Part shown: positions 18,443-28,249 of the stretch, piece by piece
Layout: each line of letters begins with the position of its first letter
Numbering within the stretch: position 1 is the first letter of the stretch
Origin: Gemmatimonadota bacterium
GTDB lineage: Bacteria; Gemmatimonadota; Gemmatimonadetes; Longimicrobiales; RSA9
NCBI GenBank assembly: GCA_040905425.1
Contig: JBBDRO010000032.1
Location: 93,730-157,729 of the forward strand
DNA: 64,000 nt
Reading direction: 5' to 3'
The notes under the pieces: generated by a model
Told to the model about the DNA's origin: nothing
Database searches by the model: none
Seen by the model: only the letters and a program-made list of their open reading frames with translations
Made by a program: the position numbers and the translations under genes

Positions 18443-19152
18443 GCGGCCCGCTGGCGGCGCGGCGCGCGCTCGTCACCGGCGCATCGCGTGGCATCGGCCG
18501 CGCGGTGGCGGCCTCCCTGGCCGGTGCCGGCGCGCGGGTGGCTCTGGTCGCGCGGGGCGTGGCGCCGCTGGAGGCGGCGGCGGCGGCCGTGGGCGGTGTG
18601 GCCGTGCCCGGCGACGTGTCGGAGGCACGGGGTCTCGCGGAGTTGGTGCGGCGCGCGGCGGAGCGGTTGGGGGGCCCCCCGGACATCGTGGTCCACGCGG
18701 CGGGAGCGTTCGCCCTGCAGCGTGTCGTTGAAAGCGACGTGGCCGAGCTGGACGCCATGCTCGGCGCGAATCTGCGCGGCCCCTTCCTGCTAACGCGCGC
18801 GTTGCTGCCGGCGCTGCTGGAGCAGGGCCGCGGCGACGTGGTCTTCATAGGATCGGTGGCCGGACGCCGCGCCTTTCCCGAGAATGGTGCCTACTCCGCC
18901 ACCAAGTTCGGCGTGCGGGGGCTGCATGAAGTGCTGGCGGAGGAATTGCGCGGCAGCGGTGTGCGTACCACCCTCATCGAGCCGGCCGCCACCGACACCC
19001 CGCTGTGGGATCCGGTGGATCCGGACGCTCGGCCGCACCTGCCGTCGCGGTCCGCCATGCTGCGGCCGGAGGCGGTGGCGGAGGCCGTCCTCTGGGCGCT
19101 CACGCGGCCGCCGGAGGTACGCGTGGACACCCTTGCCATCGAGCGGGCCTGA
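18439..19152 (+). CDS. SDR oxidoreductase (candidate sepiapterin/pterin reductase)
   Basis: TGASRGIG and YSATK motifs. ATGA-coupled to folE. Confidence 0.8.
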   Translation: MSGPLAARRALVTGASRGIGRAVAASLAGAGARVALVARGVAPLEAAAAAVGGVAVPGDVSEARGLAELVRRAAERLGGPPDIVVHAAGAFALQRVVESDVAELDAMLGANLRGPFLLTRALLPALLEQGRGDVVFIGSVAGRRAFPENGAYSATKFGVRGLHEVLAEELRGSGVRTTLIEPAATDTPLWDPVDPDARPHLPSRSAMLRPEAVAEAVLWALTRPPEVRVDTLAIERA

Positions 19153-19178
19153 GGCCCTGAACTGAACGGGATAAAAGC

Positions 19179-19565
19179 ATGTTCGTCGTCAGCGTACAGG
19201 CGCACTATGACAGCGCCCACTTCCTGCGCAACTACCACGGCAAATGCGAGCGGCTGCACGGGCACCGCTACATCGTGGAACTGGCCCTGGCCAGCGACAC
19301 CCTGGATCAGGCCGGCCTGGCCTTCGACTTCGTGGACGTCAAGCGGCACCTGCGCGAGCTGTCGGAGAGCCTGGACCACCAGAACATCAACGAACTGCCC
19401 CCGTTCGACGAGCTCGAACCCTCCGCGGAGAATCAGGCCAGATGGTTCTACGACGAACTCAAGCGCCGGCTGCCGGAGCGCATGGCGGAAGCGGTGCTCT
19501 ACGTGAAGGTGTGGGAGACGCCCACGCAGTTCGCACAGTATTCGGAACGGGCGTTGTTCGTATGA
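19179..19565 (+). CDS. queD: 6-carboxytetrahydropterin synthase (COG0720, C-x3-HGH type)
   Basis: DSAHFL, CERLHGHRY, LDH, PSAENQA and WETP motifs. Confidence 0.85.
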   Translation: MFVVSVQAHYDSAHFLRNYHGKCERLHGHRYIVELALASDTLDQAGLAFDFVDVKRHLRELSESLDHQNINELPPFDELEPSAENQARWFYDELKRRLPERMAEAVLYVKVWETPTQFAQYSERALFV

Positions 19566-21484
19566 GCGCCCGGTGGCGGGGGATGGGCGGCACGGCGTTG
19601 CTGGGCTGCGTGCTGGCGGCTTGCGCGGGCTCCGCGCCACCGCCGCGGGACACGGTTCCCGCACTGGCCGAGCTTCCCCCGCCGCTCCCACCGAACGGCC
19701 CCTTCGGCACCCATGTTCTCGCCGCGGTGCGCGCCGCGGACGCTTCGCTCTGGGTGGGAACGTACGGCCACGGCATCTATCGGCTGCTGCCACGTGACAG
19801 CGTGTGGACCCACATGGATGCCGATGCCGAGGATGAAGGCTCCATCTCGTGGGGCTTTGTCAACAGCATCGCGATCGGTGCGGACAGCACGGTCTGGTAC
19901 GGCACGGTGGGCAACGGTTTCGGCCGTTCGCTGGACGGCGGGCGATCGTGGCGCAACTGGACCTTCTCCGAACTCGGGCCGGCGTGGCAATATGTGGCGC
20001 CCGACGGCATCGAGCTGCGCGGCGACACGGTTTACGTAGCCACCGCGGACGGCCTGCGCATTTCGTGGGACGGTGGGGAGCGCTGGCGCTGCGTGGTCGG
20101 CCCGGGCACCTATGCCGGTGGCGCGCGCGAGAACGACGGCTGCGCGGAACACATCCCGGGGTTGCCCACCGAGTACCTCCTGGCGCTCGAGGTGGGGCCG
20201 GACGGCGCCATATGGGCGGGGCACCTGGAGGGCCTTTCGGTGTCCCGGGACGCTGGACGCACCTGGGAAAACGCGGTCGGCGGGGACTTCGAAGGCGGTC
20301 GCGTCCGTGCCCTGGCCGTGACGCAGGACTCGGCCCTCTGGGTGGCCACCGAGGAGGACATCTTCGTGGATTCGGCTGGCAGCGGAACGTTCACGCGCCG
20401 TGACCTGGAGATCCCCGGCTGGGACGGCCTTCCCGGGCGCCCGCGGGCCATCGTGCCCTCGCCGGGGGCCCTGCCGCCCTCGGTGGCCACGTCCTACGGG
20501 CTGGCCGCCGCAACCAGCAGCGCCCGCGCCTACCGGCTGCTCTATATTGCCGCCGCCGATCGCTGGCGGCCGCGCGCCGACATGTGGGCCGTGGCGTGGT
20601 ACGGTCCGCCGCTGTGGCCCATCGGCGCCTCCTCGGGCGGACTCAACCGTGTGCTCGGCGGCGAGGAAACGCCGGTGCCGCTCGGCAGTGTGGGTGCGGC
20701 TGAGCCACCGCGTGCGCCGGCGCGCACCTGGCTCGGGCGGCCCGTTGCCACGGCGCCGGGTCACAACCCTTACATCGACGGGACCTATCGCTACGGTTCC
20801 ACCATGGGCGGCAACTTCCAGCAGCATCAGGGAGTGGAGTTCAACAATCCGGCCGGCACGCCGGTGCACGCCGTGGCCGGCGGCACCGTGGTCTTCTCAG
20901 GCCCCGCCGAGGCCGGCGCCAACACCGTGGTCGTCCGCCACGATACGCGCGCGGATGGCGCCTGGGTCTTTTCCGCGTACTACCACAACACCACGCTGGA
21001 GGTGGCGTTGGGAGAGCGCGTGCGCGCCGGTGACCTGCTGGCCCGGGTTGGCAATACCGGCCGGGCCACCAACGATCACCTGCATTTCGAGGTGCACGTG
21101 GCGCCGGACACCGCCGTGGGCGCCGTGGTGGATCCCGCCGTGCGCTTCCCCCCGCACACGGTGAATCCCGAGCTCTGGATCGAGCCGTTGCCCGGCACCG
21201 GCGTGGTGGCCGGGATCGTCGTGGACGCCGCGGGTGATCCCGTGGCGGGCGCCCGTGTGCACGGCCTGGTGCTGCCCTACCCGGAAGAAACGCCCTTCTC
21301 CTTTGCGGAGACCTACCAGGATCGCGCGCACCCTGATCCCGCGTACAACGAGAACTTTGCCGTGGGTGACGTGCCCGCCGGCGAGTACGTGCTGGGTGTC
21401 GAGATCGGGGACGACCTCGTGTGGCGCCGCATCCGCGTGGAGCCCGGTCAGGTCACCTGGGTGGAGTTCGCGCCGGGAGGTTGA
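19562..21484 (+). CDS. Lipoprotein with beta-propeller, M23 peptidase and C-terminal beta-sandwich
   Basis: LAAC lipobox. LWVGT and SxDGGxxW propeller repeats. HQGVEF...GTPVHAVAGGTV...VGNTGRATNDHLHFEV. Confidence 0.85.
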   Translation: MSARWRGMGGTALLGCVLAACAGSAPPPRDTVPALAELPPPLPPNGPFGTHVLAAVRAADASLWVGTYGHGIYRLLPRDSVWTHMDADAEDEGSISWGFVNSIAIGADSTVWYGTVGNGFGRSLDGGRSWRNWTFSELGPAWQYVAPDGIELRGDTVYVATADGLRISWDGGERWRCVVGPGTYAGGARENDGCAEHIPGLPTEYLLALEVGPDGAIWAGHLEGLSVSRDAGRTWENAVGGDFEGGRVRALAVTQDSALWVATEEDIFVDSAGSGTFTRRDLEIPGWDGLPGRPRAIVPSPGALPPSVATSYGLAAATSSARAYRLLYIAAADRWRPRADMWAVAWYGPPLWPIGASSGGLNRVLGGEETPVPLGSVGAAEPPRAPARTWLGRPVATAPGHNPYIDGTYRYGSTMGGNFQQHQGVEFNNPAGTPVHAVAGGTVVFSGPAEAGANTVVVRHDTRADGAWVFSAYYHNTTLEVALGERVRAGDLLARVGNTGRATNDHLHFEVHVAPDTAVGAVVDPAVRFPPHTVNPELWIEPLPGTGVVAGIVVDAAGDPVAGARVHGLVLPYPEETPFSFAETYQDRAHPDPAYNENFAVGDVPAGEYVLGVEIGDDLVWRRIRVEPGQVTWVEFAPGG

Positions 21485-21696
21485 CCGGATCCGTGGCTGC
21501 TGCCGGATAGCCAAGCGGTTTGCGCGGCGGCGTTTGCGCCACGTTCCGTCTTGACACGTCCGCCTTGCACAGGACACGTTCGAGGGGGCATGCGCGCGTC
21601 CGCGCGAGGCCGGTCCCGCTCCCGGAGAACGAAGCTCATCGCATCGACGTCAAGCCGGTACCGGCTCTTGCTGCCCGTGAGGCACAGGGGGCAGAC

Positions 21697-23589
21697 GTGT
21701 GTGGCCTAGCGGGCTTCGTACGTTCCGGCCCCCCGGAAGGTGCGGGAGCGGGATTCGACGCGTTGCATGCCCTGGCGGGGTGCATGGAGCATCGCGGCCC
21801 CGATGACGTGGGAGTGCGCCTGGCTGCGCTGGCGCCGGGTGGGCCGGCCACGGTCGGGTTGGCCGCGACCCGCCTGGCCGTTCGTGATCCCTCCCCCGCC
21901 GGCCACATGCCCATGGAACGGGACGGGCGCGCGGTGGTCTTCAATGGCGAGATCTACAACGCCGCCACCCTGCGTCCCGAACTGGAGCGCGCTGGCTGGC
22001 GCTTTCACTCGGCCGCCGACACCGAAGTGGTGCTCGCGGGCCTGTCCATCTGGGGTGCGGAAGCGCTGCCGCGATTGCGCGGCATGTTCGCCCTGGCCTT
22101 CCATGACTCCGGCAATGGCGGATCGCTTCTCCTGGCACGCGACCCCCTCGGCATCAAGCCGCTCTACTGGACGTCCGGGCCGCAAGCGGTAGCCTTCGCC
22201 TCCGAGCTGCGTGCCCTGCGGAGTGCGGGCCTGCTGGACGGCCGCCTCTCCTCCCACGCGCTGGGCGCCTTCCTGCTGCTGGGTTCGGTACCCGGTCCGC
22301 TGACCATATACGAGGGGGCCCGGGCGCTGCCGCCCGGCCACCTGCTCCTGATCGGTGAGGACGGGCCCGGCGAGCCACGCCCGTACTGGCATTTCCCCAC
22401 CCTGGAGGACGGGCCCGCTGACGCGGCCGAGGCCGCTGCCACCGTGCGGAGCGCACTGGAGGACGCGGTCGGCACGCACCTGATCAGTGATGTGCCCCTG
22501 GGAGCCTTTCTGAGCGGCGGGCTGGACTCGGCGGCGATCGTGGCGCTCATGCGTCGCGCGCATGACGGTCCGGTGCGGAGCTGCTCGTTGACGGTGCCCG
22601 GCCATGAGGAGGACGAGGGCGCGGCGGCGCGCCGGTCCGCGCAGGCGCTCGGCACCGAGCATCACGAGTGTGCCATTCGCATGGCCGACGTTGTGGGCGC
22701 GGGCGAGCGGATCTTCACAGCGCTCGACCAGCCCTCGATCGATGGTGTGAACACCTGGTTCGTGGCCCGGGCGGCCCGCGAGGCCGGCCTCACCGTGGCC
22801 CTTTCCGGACTGGGGGCGGACGAGCTGTTCGGGGGCTATGACACTACGTTCGTCACGCTTCCCAGACTGCTGCGGACGGTGCGGGTTGCCCATCGGCTTC
22901 CCGGTGCGGCCGCCGTGGGCGCCGGCATGCTCGACGGGCTCGGCACGCAGCGCTGGCGCAAGGTGGCGGATGCGTTGCGGCGGCCGCCCGCGCTGGAGAG
23001 TGGCTATCTGGCCGTGCGGGGACTCTTTGCGCCCGCGGAGGTCGAGCGCATGCTGGAGCCGGGCGTGTGGGACCGCGGCGCGGGCACGCGGCAGGTGCTC
23101 CGCTTCCTGCAGCCGGAGACGGCATCCCCCACTGTGCCGCTCGACTCACGGGTGGCACGCATGGAACTGCACGGCTACACGGCCTGGCAACTGCTTCGGG
23201 ACACGGATGTCATGAGCATGGCGCATGGCCTCGAGGTACGCGTCCCCTTCCTGGATACGGCGCTGGTGGAGACCGTACTGCGCGTGCCGGCCGCGACCCG
23301 CTACGCCGGGGCCGGTACGAAGCCGCTGCTGCGCCGTGCACTGGCCGATCTTCTGCCCGCCGGTGCCGGCAGCGGTCCCAAGCAGGGCTTCACCCTGCCG
23401 CTCGACGCCTGGCTACGCGAGGGGCTGGCCGAGTCCCTGCCGGGCGGGCGGACCGAGTTGCCGCCACCGTTTCGGGCGGGCGTCCTCGGGGATGCCCGGG
23501 CCATGCTGGGTCGCGGCCGGCTGCACTGGTCGCGCCTCTGGGCGCTCGTTGCGCTCCGCTCCTGGTGGGTCCTGACGGAGAATCCATGA
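21697..23589 (+). CDS. Asparagine synthase-like glutamine amidotransferase (polysaccharide-associated)
   Basis: N-terminal MCGLAG (Ntn Cys), HRGPDD, FNGEIYN, RDPLGIKPLY, LSGGLDS, LSGLGADE and EVRVPFLD motifs. Confidence 0.9.
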   Translation: MCGLAGFVRSGPPEGAGAGFDALHALAGCMEHRGPDDVGVRLAALAPGGPATVGLAATRLAVRDPSPAGHMPMERDGRAVVFNGEIYNAATLRPELERAGWRFHSAADTEVVLAGLSIWGAEALPRLRGMFALAFHDSGNGGSLLLARDPLGIKPLYWTSGPQAVAFASELRALRSAGLLDGRLSSHALGAFLLLGSVPGPLTIYEGARALPPGHLLLIGEDGPGEPRPYWHFPTLEDGPADAAEAAATVRSALEDAVGTHLISDVPLGAFLSGGLDSAAIVALMRRAHDGPVRSCSLTVPGHEEDEGAAARRSAQALGTEHHECAIRMADVVGAGERIFTALDQPSIDGVNTWFVARAAREAGLTVALSGLGADELFGGYDTTFVTLPRLLRTVRVAHRLPGAAAVGAGMLDGLGTQRWRKVADALRRPPALESGYLAVRGLFAPAEVERMLEPGVWDRGAGTRQVLRFLQPETASPTVPLDSRVARMELHGYTAWQLLRDTDVMSMAHGLEVRVPFLDTALVETVLRVPAATRYAGAGTKPLLRRALADLLPAGAGSGPKQGFTLPLDAWLREGLAESLPGGRTELPPPFRAGVLGDARAMLGRGRLHWSRLWALVALRSWWVLTENP

Positions 23590-24473
23590 GCACCACGGCG
23601 GAGGCGGTCCCGGCTGTGGTTCCCGAGGAGGCGCACCGGGTCCTGCGCGTGGAGCCGGGCGCTACCCGCTCACTGGGCCTGGGCGAGATCTGGCGCTACC
23701 GCGAACTGCTCTACTTCCTCACGTGGCGCGACGTGAAGGTGCGCTACAAGCAGACCGCACTGGGCGCCTCATGGGCCGTCATCCAGCCGCTCATGACCAT
23801 GGTGGTCTTCACCATTTTCTTCGGTAAGCTGGCGCGCATGCCTTCGGACGACATTCCCTATCCCCTTTTTTCCTACGCCGGATTGCTGCCGTGGACGTAT
23901 TTCGCGCAGGTGGTGGGCGCCTCCGCCACCAGCGTGGTGGGCAGCAGCAATCTGATCACCAAGGTCTATTTCCCACGCATGGTGATCCCCGGCGCGTCCG
24001 CCCTGGCGGCGCTGGTGGATTTTGCCATGGCCTTCGCGGTGCTCCTGGTGCTCCTGGCCGCCTACCATTTCCATCCGGCGCTGGATTACCAGGTTTCGCT
24101 GCGCTGGAGCTTGCTGCTGCTGCCCCTGTTCCTGCTCATGGCCATGGCCACCGCGCTCGGCGTGGGGCTCTGGCTGGCCGCGGTGAACGTGCGCTATCGC
24201 GATGTCCGCCACGTGGTGCCGTTCATCATCCAGTTCTGGCTCTTCGCCACGCCCGTCATCTATCCCAGCAGTCTTCTCCAGGGCCAGTGGCGGTTGGTCA
24301 TCTACGCGCTCAACCCCATGGTGGGCGTGGTGGAGGGGTTCCGCTGGGGGCTGTTCGGCCTGGTGCCGAGGGGTGGGATGGTCTGGGTTTCCGCCCTGGT
24401 CACCGTGACGGTGCTCGTCAGCGGCGCCTTCTACTTCCGGCGCATGGAGCGGATCTTTGCCGACCTCATCTGA
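23586..24473 (+). CDS. Polysaccharide ABC transporter permease (Wzm-like)
   Basis: RDVKVRYKQTALGASWAVIQPL, LITKVYFPR and NPM motifs. ATGA overlap. Confidence 0.92.
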   Translation: MSTTAEAVPAVVPEEAHRVLRVEPGATRSLGLGEIWRYRELLYFLTWRDVKVRYKQTALGASWAVIQPLMTMVVFTIFFGKLARMPSDDIPYPLFSYAGLLPWTYFAQVVGASATSVVGSSNLITKVYFPRMVIPGASALAALVDFAMAFAVLLVLLAAYHFHPALDYQVSLRWSLLLLPLFLLMAMATALGVGLWLAAVNVRYRDVRHVVPFIIQFWLFATPVIYPSSLLQGQWRLVIYALNPMVGVVEGFRWGLFGLVPRGGMVWVSALVTVTVLVSGAFYFRRMERIFADLI

Positions 24474-25767
24474 CCGAGCGCCGGGGTCCGTGCACGTCCG
24501 TGACCTGAGCAAGCAGTACCTGATCGGCTCCGGCGCACCCGTCATGTACGGCAACCTCAGGGAGCGTCTGGCCGGCCTGGGGCCGGCGCTGTTGCGGCGC
24601 CTGCGCCTGCTGCGCCGCAGCACGAAGGGAGCCGATCCCGGCGAACTCATCTGGGCGCTGCGCGAGGTGAGCTTCGACATTCGTCCCGGGGAGGTGGTCG
24701 GCCTCATCGGGCGCAATGGCGCTGGCAAGAGCACTCTGCTCAAGGTGCTCTCCAGGATCACGGCCCCCTCCGCGGGCTACATCGAGTTCACGGGACGGGT
24801 GGGATCGCTGCTCGAGGTGGGTACTGGGTTTCATGCTGAACTGTCGGGCCGCGAGAACATCTTCCTGAACGGGGCCATCCTGGGTATGAGGCGGGCGGAG
24901 ATCGTGGCCAAGCTGGATGCCATCGTGGAATTCGCGGAGATCGAGCGCTTCGTGGATACACCCGTCAAGCACTTCTCCAGCGGCATGTACGTGCGCCTGG
25001 CCTTCGCCGTTGCGGCGCACATGGAAACGGAAATCCTGTTGGTGGATGAAGTGCTGGCGGTGGGCGACCTGGCCTTCCAGCGCAAGTGCCTGGGCAAGAT
25101 GGGAGAGGTGGCCCGCTCGGGCCGCACCGTGGTCTTCGTCAGCCACAACATGGGCTCCATCGCCCGCCTCTGTGACCGGGGTCTGGTGCTGGACGAGGGC
25201 TGCCTGATCTTCGACGGTCAGGTGGACAGCGCGATCGCCCGTTACAATGACACCTTCGCGGGCCCCGAGTCCGGCCCGGCAGCGCAACGGCACGTGCTAT
25301 TCGACGAGACGCCGGGCCAGGCTGAGCGCTTTGCCGTGAGTCGCGTGGAGGTGCTGGACACGTCCGGGCGTCCCATGCCCGCGCCCCACACCTGGGATGA
25401 CGTGGTGTTGCGGGTCCACTGCCGGTGCCTGGACCGGATCCGGGGCGGCGTGGTCCTGGAGGTCCGGCACGCCAGCGGTCCCCGCGTCCTCTACCTGAGC
25501 ACGGAGCCCGATCGGGGCCAGCCGGTGGTCCTGGAGCGCGGCGCCTGGAGCGTGGACTGCACGGTGCGCAGGCTGCCCCTGGGCGCGGGGGAATACTATG
25601 TGGGCGTGGGGCTCACCATTCCCGGAGTGGAGAACCTGTGGCACCGCGCCGAGGTGGGACGCATGCTCGTCCTGCCCAGGGACGTGTACGGTTCGGGGCA
25701 GGCGCCGGACGCGGCCCGGGGCCTGGTGGTGCCCGAGTACGACTGGTCGCCGCCACGGCGCACGTGA
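24457..25767 (+). CDS. Polysaccharide ABC transporter ATPase with C-terminal domain (Wzt-like)
   Basis: GRNGAGKST, FSSGMYVRLAFA, LVDEVLAVGD and VSH motifs. Wzt_C-type extension. Confidence 0.92.
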   Translation: MPTSSDRAPGSVHVRDLSKQYLIGSGAPVMYGNLRERLAGLGPALLRRLRLLRRSTKGADPGELIWALREVSFDIRPGEVVGLIGRNGAGKSTLLKVLSRITAPSAGYIEFTGRVGSLLEVGTGFHAELSGRENIFLNGAILGMRRAEIVAKLDAIVEFAEIERFVDTPVKHFSSGMYVRLAFAVAAHMETEILLVDEVLAVGDLAFQRKCLGKMGEVARSGRTVVFVSHNMGSIARLCDRGLVLDEGCLIFDGQVDSAIARYNDTFAGPESGPAAQRHVLFDETPGQAERFAVSRVEVLDTSGRPMPAPHTWDDVVLRVHCRCLDRIRGGVVLEVRHASGPRVLYLSTEPDRGQPVVLERGAWSVDCTVRRLPLGAGEYYVGVGLTIPGVENLWHRAEVGRMLVLPRDVYGSGQAPDAARGLVVPEYDWSPPRRT

Positions 25768-27104
25768 AGGTGCTGCACGTGGTCTACGGGTGGCGTCCGG
25801 ACGCGATGGGCGGTACGGAGGTCTACGTGGCGGGCCTGGCCGCGGCACTCGCGAGGCTGGATGTAGCCTCCGTGATCGCGGCGCCCGGGGACGACAGTGA
25901 GGTAGAGAGCGATCAGGGGCCCCTGCAGGTATACCGCTACCGCGCGCCGCCGCCACGCCTGCAGGATCTGTACGGTCATGTGAACACCACCGCTGACGAA
26001 CACTTCGCGGCCATCGTGCGGACGGAGGCCCCGGATGTGGTGCACTTTCACGCGTTCAGCCCCGCAGTGACCCCCGTAATGGCCGCTGGCGCCGCAGAGC
26101 GCGGGGCGGTGGTCCTCACCTACCATACCCCCACCGTCACCTGCCAGCGCGGCTCGTTGCGGCGCTGGGGCCGGATCCCGTGCGATGGTGAGCTGCGGCC
26201 GCGCCGCTGTGCCGCATGCGCGCTGCAGGGAGGCGGGGCGCCCCTGCCGCTGGCGCTGCTGGCCGCATCCGCACCGGCTGTCCTGAGCCGGGCGGTCGAC
26301 GCGGTCGGCCGCTCGGGGGGGGGCTGGACGGCGCTGCGCATGCCCGCGCTGCTGGAAGCACGTCGACGTGCGCTGAGAGCTTTCCTGGCCGCCGCGGACG
26401 CGGTCGTGGCCCCCGTTCCGTGGGCCGTGGACGTGCTGGTCCGCAACGGCGTACCCGCGGCGCGCATAAGCGTCATCTCGCAGGGCGTGCGGGATCATGC
26501 GCTGGCCGTTGCGGATGACCGCGCCGCAGCGGGGCCGGCGCGGGCGCCCGACCATGCTGCGGAGCTGCGGATGGCGTTCCTCGGCCGCCTGGACCCACTC
26601 AAGGGCGCACATGTGCTTGTCGAAGCGCTGGCCCGCGTGCCCCGCGCCGGAGTGACGCTCGATGTGTTCGGTCTACCTACGGGCGCCACGGACTACGTGG
26701 AGCGGCTGAACGCCGCAGCGGCGGCGGACCCGCGCGTGCGGATGGCTCCGCCCGTCGGCGCGGACGGCGTCCTCTCGCTCCTCGGCGATTACGACCTGAT
26801 TGTGGTTCCGTCCCAGGGTGCGGAGACGGGCCCGCTCGTGGTTCTGGAGGCGCAGGCCGCCGGTGTGCCGGTGCTGGGCAGTGCGGTGGGTGGCATTGCC
26901 GATCGGGTGGAGGACGGCCGGGACGGTCGCCTCGTCGCGGACTTCCAGACCCCCGCGGCGTGGGCGCGGGCAATCGCCCATCTGGCAGCGGATCCAGCGC
27001 GGCTCGCACAGCTGCGCGCCGGCCAGCGCCCCCCGCCCACGATGACCGACGCGGCGGCGCGCATGGCCGAGCTCTACCGCACCGTGCTGGCACGGAGGAA
27101 CTGA
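25764..27104 (+). CDS. Glycosyltransferase family 4
   Basis: GGTEVY, FLGRLDPLKG and ETGPLVVLEA motifs. GTGA overlap. Confidence 0.9.
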   Translation: MKVLHVVYGWRPDAMGGTEVYVAGLAAALARLDVASVIAAPGDDSEVESDQGPLQVYRYRAPPPRLQDLYGHVNTTADEHFAAIVRTEAPDVVHFHAFSPAVTPVMAAGAAERGAVVLTYHTPTVTCQRGSLRRWGRIPCDGELRPRRCAACALQGGGAPLPLALLAASAPAVLSRAVDAVGRSGGGWTALRMPALLEARRRALRAFLAAADAVVAPVPWAVDVLVRNGVPAARISVISQGVRDHALAVADDRAAAGPARAPDHAAELRMAFLGRLDPLKGAHVLVEALARVPRAGVTLDVFGLPTGATDYVERLNAAAAADPRVRMAPPVGADGVLSLLGDYDLIVVPSQGAETGPLVVLEAQAAGVPVLGSAVGGIADRVEDGRDGRLVADFQTPAAWARAIAHLAADPARLAQLRAGQRPPPTMTDAAARMAELYRTVLARRN

Positions 27105-28249
27105 TGCGTGTGCTCTTCCTCCAGTTTACCGATCCGGCGGCGCTGCCGCCGCTGCGGCGCGCCATGACCCTCCTGCTGGCACATGGTGCCGCCGTCGACG
27201 CGGTCGGCATCCGGCTTCACGGCGGCAAGGTGATGCCGCTTCTGGAGGATGATCGACTTTCGGTGCACCTCGTGGACCGTACGGCATCCGTGCGCCGCAA
27301 TTACGCACGTTGGTTCCGCCGTACACTGGGCGTGGCGCGGGCCCGGCGCCCTGACTGGCTCTACGCGTCTGACCCGCTCTCCGCACCGGCCGCGCTGGCG
27401 CTGGCGCGCCTGCTTGCCGTCCCCGTCATCTACCATGAACACGACGCCCCGCAACGCTCCGGGCAAGGCGTGCTCGTCCGCCTGGCGGTCCGGGCGCGCG
27501 ACATGCTCGCGCGCCGCGCCGAGCTCTGCGTCCTGCCGTCTGAGGAGCGGCGGCGCTCCCTGGCGGACCATCTGGATGGCCAGATCGCCGCCGTTACGGC
27601 GTGGAACTGTCCGCTACGCACGGAGGTCGGGCCGCCGCGGGCCGCGCCGGACCGATCCCGCTTCCGCATCTGGTATCACGGTTCCCTGGTGCCTGAGCGA
27701 CTGCCGCACGCCTTGCTCGAAGCGCTTGCCGTCCTGCCGGCCGAAGTGACATTCACGTTCGGTGGCTACGAGACCCAGGGAGCGTCGGGATTCACCGCCG
27801 ACTTTCTGGCGCGCGCCGGGCGGATGGGTCTGGAAGGGCGGGTGTTCGCCACAGGCTTCCTGGACCTCGAGGAGCTGCGCGCGCGCATCGGCGAAGCCGA
27901 TCTCGGCTGCGCCTTCGTGGATCCGACCGCCTCGGATACGAACCTGCATTCGTTGGCCGGCGCATCCAACAAGGTCTTCGAGTATCTCGCGGCCGGAGTG
28001 CCGGCGCTGGTTCCGCCGGGCGATGCGTGGCGCGCCCTGGTCGTCGGACCGGGCTACGGGGTGGCCGCGGCGGCGGAAGCGTCCGCCATCGCCGCCGCCG
28101 TGATGGGGCTGATGGACGATCGCCAGGCCACGTATGCCATGGGGGAGGCGGGGCGTCAGCGCATTCTGGCCGCGTGGAACTACGACACGCAGTTTGCGCC
28201 GGTCCTGCGCCGCATGCTGCCGAGCGCCGACGGGGTGGCCGCGCCATGA
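27104..28249 (+). CDS. Glycosyltransferase family 4
   Basis: YHEHD, YHGSL and SNKVFEYLAAGVP motifs. TGATG overlap. Confidence 0.88.
   Translation: MRVLFLQFTDPAALPPLRRAMTLLLAHGAAVDAVGIRLHGGKVMPLLEDDRLSVHLVDRTASVRRNYARWFRRTLGVARARRPDWLYASDPLSAPAALALARLLAVPVIYHEHDAPQRSGQGVLVRLAVRARDMLARRAELCVLPSEERRRSLADHLDGQIAAVTAWNCPLRTEVGPPRAAPDRSRFRIWYHGSLVPERLPHALLEALAVLPAEVTFTFGGYETQGASGFTADFLARAGRMGLEGRVFATGFLDLEELRARIGEADLGCAFVDPTASDTNLHSLAGASNKVFEYLAAGVPALVPPGDAWRALVVGPGYGVAAAAEASAIAAAVMGLMDDRQATYAMGEAGRQRILAAWNYDTQFAPVLRRMLPSADGVAAP

Noticed and set aside
21551..21580. TTGACA upstream of the glycan operon as a sigma70 promoter
   Set aside because: No convincing -10 hexamer at 16-18 bp spacing.
21697..23589. 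Second asparagine synthetase-like gene as another lasso cyclase
   Set aside because: It keeps the N-terminal Cys, HRGPD and NGEIYN glutaminase motifs, is coupled to wzm and has no precursor nearby. It fits a glycan amidotransferase.
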